A DNA stretch of 64,000 nt, taken from assembly GCA_944391285.1 (NCBI GenBank), contig CALXSY010000005.1:11196-75195 (forward strand), in the 5' to 3' direction. Below are positions 24,461-32,027 of the stretch, piece by piece. The position numbers and the translations under genes are program-made. The stretch comes from an uncultured Clostridia bacterium. Lineage in GTDB: Bacteria > Bacillota > Peptococcia > Peptococcales > Peptococcaceae. Position 1 is the stretch's first letter. Each line of letters starts with the position of its first letter. Below the pieces are notes generated by a model. It was not told the origin of the DNA. It saw only the letters and a list, made by a program, of their open reading frames with translations, and searched no databases.

Positions 24461-27439
24461 ATGAAAAGGAAAAAGATTTGTGCGGCTATCACCTTAGTAG
24501 CATTCATTTTGACCATGATGCCAATGATGGCTTTCGCTGCTTCGGCAAGCAATTCATCTATCTCGGTCGATGATGGCAGTGCTAAAGCCGATGGCAAAGA
24601 CACGTTAACATTTATTGTTGACCTGGATGAAAACTTAAACACTAAGCAAGTTGAAGGCTCTGCTGACGCTTATCAAGCAGTAGCTAAAGAAAATGTAGCA
24701 AGAAAAACTGTTTTAGCAGCAGATTACTACAACAATGATGGTACTGTGACTTATCAAACAAACAGTGATTATGATGCAAGTACTGAGTACTACAGAAAAA
24801 TTGCTGGCACTCAGGTTCAGTATGAAAAAGAAAATTCACCGCAAGTTTCTACTGAAAAATATTTAACCACCACTGTTTATGAGGCTGATCAAAAAACAGG
24901 AAATGAAACTATTATCGTTAGTGATCCATTAGCAGCCGATTCTGCATTTACTAAAGATGATGGCAAAAACTATGTGGCTATTGCCGAAGCAAAAGTAGAA
25001 TCTGAAGAAGCTTTAAAGCAAGGAACTTACTACACAAAAAGTGATAAAACTTATACTAAAGACGATAGCTATGATATAAGTGAAACGTATTACACCATCA
25101 CTGATGTAGCTGACCCTCAAACTTATCAAAAATTAACCCAAACTTATTACAATGATAATGGTACTGTGACCTATAACAGCGGAGATAAATACGAAAGCTT
25201 AACTGACTATTACAACAAAAAAGAAGCTGTAGCTGACAGCTATGAAAAAGTTGAGGCAGACAGCGTAGCTAAAAAAGAAGTATTAACCAAAGAGTACTTC
25301 AATAACGATGGTACAACTACTTATACCGTTGGCAGCGATTACAATGACGGCACTGCGTATTATGAAAAAGTAAAAGCAACTGAAACCAAAGCTACCCAAT
25401 ATTTATATATCTGGGCTGAGAGAAACGGCACCTATTCTGATGCTGATCTGCTTTCTTTAAGCAAAGACAGCGGCTACAGCTCCTACTTGGCATTGGACTA
25501 CAGCCAAATTTCTAAAGGCGAAACTAAAGTATATGTTAAATCCAATACTGCCGGAACCATCACCTTAAAAGCTTATATCATTACCTCGGACAGCAAACCA
25601 AGCTTCCCGGAAGTTTACAATGGATCTTCTAGTTTTCTGAAAACTGCCTTAGTCGGCAATGGCGCTACCGGTAAATTTAATGCTACTTCCAGTGAAATCA
25701 CCGTTTCCGGTACCGTAACTCCTTATGACAGCGGCAAAGCTCAAACCAGCAAAGATTTTGCTAAAGATACTACTTACAATGGCAATTTAAATGCCAATAA
25801 CGGTGTTGATTACTACTATGTATCTTTGAAATTCCAAAAAGGCGGCAGCAAATTAGTTGATGAGGAAGTTTCTTTCTCTATTGATAAAAACGGCGGTACC
25901 ATCAACAAAGAATCTGATAAAACCAGCGCTACCGGTGCGGTAAACTTTAAAGTATCTGCCAGCAAAGGCGGCACTTATACTGTAACCGTTGACTGCGGTA
26001 CTTACAGCGAATCCTTTAAAGTAGTATTTGGTTCTGCTGATATTACTAAGATTCAAGTTGTTTCTTCTACCGAAGAAGTAATTGCTGTTGACCAAAATGA
26101 AGAAGTAGCAGTAGAGTTAGTGGCTTATGATGCTAATGGCAACACTATTAAAGCAGATAATACCGTAGCTAATTCTTTAAATGAAAAGTTTAATGTAGAA
26201 GTAACCAAAGCTCCTGCTGATTCTTCAATGCAGGATGAAGTATTGAGCGATCCCTTTAAATATAACGGAGATTATTCTTCCAATATCTATTTAAGCTTTG
26301 AGCCGGATGCAGTTGGCTCCTACACCTTAAAAATCTACAACAATGTTACCGGCGTATCTGACTATGCATATCTGACAGCTAAAGAGTTTGGCAAAATCAC
26401 TTCTGCTACAATTTCTTATGATTCCGCTTCTTACACCTTAGGCAGCACCACTGAAGCTCCTACCGTAAAAGTAGTAGACGAAAACGGTGTAACCAAAACT
26501 GCTTCTAAAGGCTCTGTACAATTCTCTTACAGCGGTATTGGTGTAGCAAACTTTAACTCTTCCAACGGTAAGATTACCTTTAAAGATGATACTGACTATG
26601 TAGGAAATAAAATTACTGTCAATGTTGTAGTAAGCAATAAAGTAGCAGCTTCCACCACAATTACTATCGGCAACGAGGCTTCTTATTTAGGATTCAAAGA
26701 AGCAAATGGTGCTGTTGGCGAAGAAGTAACTGTTACCGGTTCTGCTTATGATTATGATGGCAAGTTAAGTGCAATCGGCGGTTCCAGCGGTGATTACACT
26801 GTAAAAGTACAAAATGCTTTAATTACCTCCAAACCGGAAGGAAGCAACGCTACTATCGATGCTTCTAATTTTGAAAATAACAATTTCTTAACTACCGGTT
26901 CAGCTAATGTTATCGTAAGCTGCAACAAAGAAGGTAAGGTAGTAGGTAATGTAGTATTAGAAATCACCAACAATACTACCAATAAAACCACTTATTTAGC
27001 CGGTGTAGTTACTGTTAACTTTGGCAAATATACCGATGAGGACAAAACCTATAGCAAAAATGTAACTATGATTCTTGGTTCTAAAACCTTCGTTTTTGAT
27101 GGCGGCGTATATACTACCGATGTAGCTCCTTTTATCAGCAACGGACGTACTATGTTGGCTATCCGTGCCTTAGCTGAATCTACCGGTGCTGATGTTGAAT
27201 ACAACGATGTTACCCGCACCGTTACCATTACCGGTAAAGATTTAGAAGCTACTATGGTTATCGGCTCCAATGTTTTAACCGTTAACGGCGAAACTACCGT
27301 AATGGATGTATCCGCATCTATCGTAGACGGCAGAACAGTTATTCCGGTACGCTATGCTGCTGAAATCTTAGGCTATGACTTTGAGTTAACCTATGACAAT
27401 AAAGGAAATATTGTAGCAGTAACTATGTATCAAGAATAA
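24461..27439 (+). CDS. Secreted cell-surface protein A: signal peptide, Tyr-rich repeats, Ig-like domains, C-terminal copper-amine-oxidase-N-like domain
   Basis: Signal peptide MKRKKICAAITLVAFILTMMPMMAFA|AS. Three ~35-aa repeats (VL..DYYNNDGT.TY..SDYD..T.YY.K). Beta-rich Ig-like middle. C-terminal ~110 aa motif VAPFI.NGRTM..IRALAES.GA.V.Y......V....G.....G.....VNG.....D....I.DGRT.IP.RYAAE.LG. Confidence 0.85.
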   Translation: MKRKKICAAITLVAFILTMMPMMAFAASASNSSISVDDGSAKADGKDTLTFIVDLDENLNTKQVEGSADAYQAVAKENVARKTVLAADYYNNDGTVTYQTNSDYDASTEYYRKIAGTQVQYEKENSPQVSTEKYLTTTVYEADQKTGNETIIVSDPLAADSAFTKDDGKNYVAIAEAKVESEEALKQGTYYTKSDKTYTKDDSYDISETYYTITDVADPQTYQKLTQTYYNDNGTVTYNSGDKYESLTDYYNKKEAVADSYEKVEADSVAKKEVLTKEYFNNDGTTTYTVGSDYNDGTAYYEKVKATETKATQYLYIWAERNGTYSDADLLSLSKDSGYSSYLALDYSQISKGETKVYVKSNTAGTITLKAYIITSDSKPSFPEVYNGSSSFLKTALVGNGATGKFNATSSEITVSGTVTPYDSGKAQTSKDFAKDTTYNGNLNANNGVDYYYVSLKFQKGGSKLVDEEVSFSIDKNGGTINKESDKTSATGAVNFKVSASKGGTYTVTVDCGTYSESFKVVFGSADITKIQVVSSTEEVIAVDQNEEVAVELVAYDANGNTIKADNTVANSLNEKFNVEVTKAPADSSMQDEVLSDPFKYNGDYSSNIYLSFEPDAVGSYTLKIYNNVTGVSDYAYLTAKEFGKITSATISYDSASYTLGSTTEAPTVKVVDENGVTKTASKGSVQFSYSGIGVANFNSSNGKITFKDDTDYVGNKITVNVVVSNKVAASTTITIGNEASYLGFKEANGAVGEEVTVTGSAYDYDGKLSAIGGSSGDYTVKVQNALITSKPEGSNATIDASNFENNNFLTTGSANVIVSCNKEGKVVGNVVLEITNNTTNKTTYLAGVVTVNFGKYTDEDKTYSKNVTMILGSKTFVFDGGVYTTDVAPFISNGRTMLAIRALAESTGADVEYNDVTRTVTITGKDLEATMVIGSNVLTVNGETTVMDVSASIVDGRTVIPVRYAAEILGYDFELTYDNKGNIVAVTMYQE

Positions 27440-27459
27440 ACCCTCATCTTATATTAAGG

Positions 27460-27488
27460 CTGATTCCTGCGGGAATCAGTCTTTTTTT
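27460..27488 (+). terminator. Intrinsic terminator of surface protein A
   Basis: ctgattcc-tgcg-ggaatcag followed by a T-run. Confidence 0.8.
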
Positions 27489-27535
27489 AATGGAAAATGC
27501 TTCTATCAGTAAAATTGCCGAAAAAAGTTATCACA

Positions 27536-27590
27536 GTTTAAACACCGTTTAAGCACTGTTTAATCACGTACTCTTGATATTCTCTTGATA
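27536..27590 (+). repeat. Helically phased (11-bp period) direct repeats upstream of the surface-protein-B promoter
   Basis: GTTTAAnnCAC at 27536, 27547 and 27558. CTCTTGATA at 27571 and 27582. TTGACA -35 at 27600. TTATCACAG at 27528 is the reverse complement of the copy-A motif TGTGATAA. Confidence 0.7.
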
Positions 27591-27599
27591 CCTGAAATA

Positions 27600-27629
27600 T
27601 TGACAAAAGCTATCTCAAAAGGCTATAAT
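27600..27629 (+). promoter_or_regulatory. Promoter of surface protein B
   Basis: TTGACA (27600-27605), 18-bp spacer, TATAAT (27624-27629). Confidence 0.65.
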
Positions 27630-27769
27630 ACATATTGTAAGGAAAATGTTACTTTTCTTGGAAAGCAACAAAATGATTACGCGTAATGAAAAAAGCCAGT
27701 AAGCCAAGATTAAGTGCAGAATTTTTTGAAAAAAGCACACAATTTTATCACAAATGAGGAGGACAAAAA

Positions 27770-30748
27770 ATGAGGAAAAGAAAAATCTGGGCTTTTGTTA
27801 CTTTGGTAGCTTTTGCCTTAACCATGATGCCTATGGGAGCCTTTGCAGCCTCAGCCAGCAATTCATCAATTGCAGTTGATGACAGCAGTGCCAAAGCCAA
27901 TGGCGAGGACACTTTGACCTATATCGTCGATTTGGATGATGATTTAAAAACTACCCAGACCACCGGCGATAGCTACACTGAAGTTAGTAGCGTTAACACC
28001 AAAGAGGTCTTAACCCAAATCTATTATGATTCTGACGGATCAACTACTTATAATATTGACGATGTTTATGATGAAGACATAACTTATTATAATAAGGTTG
28101 AAGGTCAGCCAGCAGAATATGGAGAGGTTGTATCCCCTGCAACCGAAACATATTTAACAGAAGCTGCAAGCTACATTTCTAACGGCAGTATCGGCGGTGA
28201 CAGCATTACAATTGTCGAGCAGTCTTCCGGCGAAGAGTTTGATGAAGCTAAAACTTATGTTCAAATTACCCAGGATACAGGGACATACGACGAAAGCAAG
28301 AGTTATTATACTAAATCGGGAGATACCTATACAAAAACAAAGGAAGTAATAACTCCTTCAGAGGGAGAATATTACACCATTGAAGCAACTGAACCAACTA
28401 CCGAAAAAAAATTAACTGCTGATTATTACACAGAAAATGAAGGAGTTTATACTGAAGTTAAAAGCGGTACTGCCTATGTTGCTGGAACTACTTATTATGA
28501 GCAGACCCAACCGGCTACAGAAGACAGTTATTCTATAGCTACTCCAACTACCAAAACAGTATTAGCAGAAGATTATTATGATGAAAACGGAAATCTCGAC
28601 TATGCAAAAGATAGCGATTATGATGAAACAGGAGAAACAAAATACTATCAAAAAGGCACAGCAACAACTACCAAAGCCGCTCAGTATTTATTCATCTGGG
28701 CGGAGAGAAACGGCTCCTATTCCGATGCCGATTATCTTGCCTTAAATGATGAAGACGGCACTTATGAAGACGGCACTTACAGCTCTTATCTGGCATTGGA
28801 CTACACCGACATTGAAGCCGGCGAAAGCACTGTTTATGTCAAATCCAATACCGCCGGAACAATCACCTTGAAAGCCTATATCATTACCTCTGATTATCTG
28901 CCCAGCTTTGCAGAGGTTTACAACGGCTCTTCCGAATTCTTGAAAACTGCTTTAGTAGGAAGCGGTGACACCGGTAAATTTTCTGCTACCTCCAGCGAGA
29001 TTACCGTTGAAGGTACAGTAACGCCTTATGTGAGCGGCGATGCCGGCACCAGTTCGGATTTCGAAGCCGATGCAACCTATGACAGCGGGCTAAGAGCCAA
29101 CAACGGCGTTGATTACTACTATGTATCTTTGAAATTCAAAAAAGGCGGCAGTAAATTAGTCGGCGAAGATGTAGCTTTTGCTGTTGATAAAAACGGAGCT
29201 ACCATCAACAAAGAAGAGGATACAACCTCAGCTACCGGTGCGGTAAACTTTAAAGTTTCTGCCAGCAAATCCGGCACTTATACCGTTACTATTGACTGCG
29301 GCAGTTACAGCGAATCAATTGAATTAGTCTTCGGTGCTTCCAGCATCACTAAAGTAAATGTAGTTTCCAGCGCTGAAGAAACTATTGCTGTAGACCAAAA
29401 TGAAGAAGTAGCAGTAGAGGTAGTGGCTTATGATGCCAACGGCAATTCCATTAAGGCTTCTGATTCCGTTGCTTCGACCTTAAATGAAGATTTCAGTGTT
29501 GAAGTAACCAGCGCCCCCAGCGATTCTTCCTGGGAGGATGAAACCTTAAGTGATCCTTTCAAGTACAATTCCAATTATTCTTCTTATGTTTATTTAAGCT
29601 TTGAGCCCGATGCTGTCGGCTCCTACACCTTAAAGATTTACAACAATACCACCGGTGTAGCGGACTATGCTTATTTGACCGCCGAGGAATTCGGCACAAT
29701 CGCTTCGGCAACTATTTCCTATGATTCGGCTTCCTACACCTTAGGCAGCACTACTGAAACTCCGACGGTAAAAGTAGTTGACCAAAACGGCGTCACCAAA
29801 ACCGCTTCTGCAAGCTCCACTAAATTTTCTTACAGCGGTGTCGGAGTAGCAAGCTTTGATTCTTCTAACGGTGTTATCACCTTTAGAGATGATGAAGAGT
29901 ACGTCGGCAATCAGATTACGGTAAATGTAGTAGTTAGTAATAAAGTTTCTGCTTCCACCACCATTACTATCGGCAATGAAGCTTCTTACTTAAGCTTTGC
30001 TGAAACTGACGGTGCCGTCGGTGAAGAGGTTAGTGTAACTGGTTATGCTTACGATGCTGACGGCAATTTAAGTGCAATCGGCGGCACCAGTGATGATTAT
30101 ACCGTAACGGTGCAAAGTGCATTGATTACTTCTAAACCTGAAGGCAGTACCGCTACCATTGACGCCGACAATTTTGAAGATGCAGCCAATAACTTCTTAA
30201 GTGAAGGCTATGGAACGGTAGTCGTCAGCTGCAATACGGAAGGTACTGTAGTTGGCAATGTAGTTATAGAGATTACCGACAATGACACTTCGGAAACATT
30301 TTATTTAGCCGGCGTAGTTACCGTTAATTTCGGCGAAGCAAGCACTTCCGGAAACAACTATGCTCAGACTGTAACTATGATTCTTGGCTCCAATACCTTT
30401 GTTTATGACGGAGGAGTCTGCACCACTGACGTCGCTCCCTTTATCAGCAACGGACGCACCATGATCGCTATCCGTGCTTTAGCTGAATCTACCGGTGCTG
30501 ATGTTGAGTACAACGATGCTACCCAAACTGTCACCATTACCGGCGACGGGATAGAAGCTACTATGATTATCGGTTCCAATATTTTAACCGTTAACGGAGA
30601 AACTACCGTCATGGATGCATCTGCATCAATCGTTGACGGCAGAACAGTTATCCCGGTACGCTATGCTGCGGAAATCTTAGGCTATGACTTTGAATTAACT
30701 TACGACGATAACGGCAACATCGTAGCCGTAACTATGTATCAAGAATAA
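27770..30748 (+). CDS. Secreted cell-surface protein B (paralogue of A, same architecture, also 992 aa)
   Basis: Colinear with 24461-27439. The signal peptide, residues from ~303 onward and the C-terminal copper-amine-oxidase-N-like domain are highly similar. Residues ~62-302 are strongly diverged but keep the Tyr-rich repeats. Confidence 0.85.
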   Translation: MRKRKIWAFVTLVAFALTMMPMGAFAASASNSSIAVDDSSAKANGEDTLTYIVDLDDDLKTTQTTGDSYTEVSSVNTKEVLTQIYYDSDGSTTYNIDDVYDEDITYYNKVEGQPAEYGEVVSPATETYLTEAASYISNGSIGGDSITIVEQSSGEEFDEAKTYVQITQDTGTYDESKSYYTKSGDTYTKTKEVITPSEGEYYTIEATEPTTEKKLTADYYTENEGVYTEVKSGTAYVAGTTYYEQTQPATEDSYSIATPTTKTVLAEDYYDENGNLDYAKDSDYDETGETKYYQKGTATTTKAAQYLFIWAERNGSYSDADYLALNDEDGTYEDGTYSSYLALDYTDIEAGESTVYVKSNTAGTITLKAYIITSDYLPSFAEVYNGSSEFLKTALVGSGDTGKFSATSSEITVEGTVTPYVSGDAGTSSDFEADATYDSGLRANNGVDYYYVSLKFKKGGSKLVGEDVAFAVDKNGATINKEEDTTSATGAVNFKVSASKSGTYTVTIDCGSYSESIELVFGASSITKVNVVSSAEETIAVDQNEEVAVEVVAYDANGNSIKASDSVASTLNEDFSVEVTSAPSDSSWEDETLSDPFKYNSNYSSYVYLSFEPDAVGSYTLKIYNNTTGVADYAYLTAEEFGTIASATISYDSASYTLGSTTETPTVKVVDQNGVTKTASASSTKFSYSGVGVASFDSSNGVITFRDDEEYVGNQITVNVVVSNKVSASTTITIGNEASYLSFAETDGAVGEEVSVTGYAYDADGNLSAIGGTSDDYTVTVQSALITSKPEGSTATIDADNFEDAANNFLSEGYGTVVVSCNTEGTVVGNVVIEITDNDTSETFYLAGVVTVNFGEASTSGNNYAQTVTMILGSNTFVYDGGVCTTDVAPFISNGRTMIAIRALAESTGADVEYNDATQTVTITGDGIEATMIIGSNILTVNGETTVMDASASIVDGRTVIPVRYAAEILGYDFELTYDDNGNIVAVTMYQE

Positions 30749-30766
30749 ACCCTCATCATATATTAA

Positions 30767-30797
30767 GACTAATCTCTTAGGGGATTAGTCTTTTTTT
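30767..30797 (+). terminator. Intrinsic terminator of surface protein B
   Basis: gactaatc-tcttagg-gattagtc plus T7. Confidence 0.8.
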
Positions 30798-30851
30798 GTA
30801 ATCTGGAAGTAAAAAATATGTTATTTTTTTTGACAAATATCCTTTTACCCC

Positions 30852-30880
30852 TTGACAATTTCCCGGGAAATGCGTATACT
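30852..30880 (+). promoter_or_regulatory. Promoter of the polyamine-operon leader
   Basis: TTGACA (30852-30857), 17-bp spacer, TATACT (30875-30880). Confidence 0.65.
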
Positions 30881-30886
30881 TAGATT

Positions 30887-31228
30887 CGTATGAATGATAT
30901 TCCTGATGGGACTTTCATGCAAATATTTTCGACCACCTTTATCTTAAAGGTTAAGGCCACGGACAGCCGGGTCGACTGCCGATCGGCAACTTTGGTTGCC
31001 TTATTGATTGGGTTTTATGCTCAAATTTTATAAGTTGGTTACTTTATAACCAGTGTGCCTTTTGCACATCATGCTTGTGAAACGGTCAATAAGAGTAGTA
31101 AAAGTAAAATATTTGCTGTATAGACTCTGATCCCATCTTTAAGTATTTCGTATCTTTTCGTCTGTCCGAAAAATATTATGTCGAAATACCCAAGCAAGCA
31201 ATGTGCCAATGCATTGCTTGCTTTTTTA
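30887..31228 (+). promoter_or_regulatory. Long structured 5' leader with intrinsic terminator, upstream of speD (unclassified attenuator/riboswitch candidate)
   Basis: About 340 nt between the promoter and a strong terminator: aagcaagcaatg-tgccaatg-cattgcttgctt plus T-run (31192-31228). Several perfect small hairpins: ccttta/taaagg 30945-30960, ggcaac/gttgcc 30984-31000, nested gtatttcg...cgaaatac 31142-31179. No known riboswitch class recognised. Confidence 0.6.
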
Positions 31229-31255
31229 TTTTTTAAATTTTAGGAGGGGTATATT

Positions 31256-32014
31256 ATGGAGAAAAAACTTAAATTATATGGCTTTAATAACCTCACCAAG
31301 TCATTGAGTTTTAATATTTACGATGTCTGCTATGCCAAAACACCAAGAGAGCAGAAAGATTATATTGCTTATGTTGACGAGCAATATAATTCAGAACGTC
31401 TAACCAAAATTTTGACTAATTTAACCGATATGATAGGGGCCAATATCCTCAATATCTCCAAGCAGGATTATGATCCGCAGGGTGCATCGGTAACTATTTT
31501 GATTGCTGAGCAAAGTATGACTCCGGTAGGAGAAACTCAAGTAGCTCATTTGGATAAAAGCCATGTGACTGTTCATACCTATCCGGAATATCATCCGGAA
31601 ACCTGCTTAGCAACTTTTCGGGTTGATATTGATGTAGCTACCTGCGGGGAAATCACACCGCTTTCTACATTGGACTTTTTAATCAGCTCCTTTGATTCGG
31701 ATATCATCACTATGGATTATCGGGTCAGAGGCTTCACCAGAGATGTTGACGGCAAAAAGTTATTTATGGATCACAAGGTAGCGTCTATTCAAGATTATAT
31801 CGATCCTAAAACCTTGAGAAGATATGACGCTGTTGATATCAATGTTTATGAAGCTAATCTCTTCCATACTAAAATGATGGTTAAAGATATTGATTTGCAA
31901 AATTATCTTTTTAAAACCGATGTATACGAATTGCCTCCCTGCGAGAGATTAGAAATAATGAACAATCTTCGCCGGGAGATGATTGAAATCTTCAGCGGCT
32001 GCAATATTTTTTGA
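31256..32014 (+). CDS. speD: S-adenosylmethionine decarboxylase proenzyme (E. coli-type SpeD)
   Basis: N-terminus [23 protein letters not shown] and autoprocessing site AHLDK|[10 protein letters not shown] matching the E. coli SpeD Lys-Ser cleavage site. GGAGGGG RBS. Confidence 0.9.
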   Translation: MEKKLKLYGFNNLTKSLSFNIYDVCYAKTPREQKDYIAYVDEQYNSERLTKILTNLTDMIGANILNISKQDYDPQGASVTILIAEQSMTPVGETQVAHLDKSHVTVHTYPEYHPETCLATFRVDIDVATCGEITPLSTLDFLISSFDSDIITMDYRVRGFTRDVDGKKLFMDHKVASIQDYIDPKTLRRYDAVDINVYEANLFHTKMMVKDIDLQNYLFKTDVYELPPCERLEIMNNLRREMIEIFSGCNIF

Positions 32015-32027
32015 GGAGGAATAGCCA

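Noticed and set aside
24461-30748. The identical length (992 aa) of the two paralogues as evidence of a length constraint.
   Set aside because: The equality arises from several compensating indels: about 8 residues fewer in the copy-B variable region, plus 6 near residue 320 and plus 2 near residue 850. It may be coincidence and cannot be evaluated without more homologues.
30940-31000. Partial resemblance of the polyamine leader to a SAM-I (S-box) riboswitch (ttatc...acggac...ggcaac).
   Set aside because: The invariant GAGGGA core is absent. There is no downstream gataa(g) strand to close P1, and the helices do not fit the four-way junction. It is treated as an unclassified leader.
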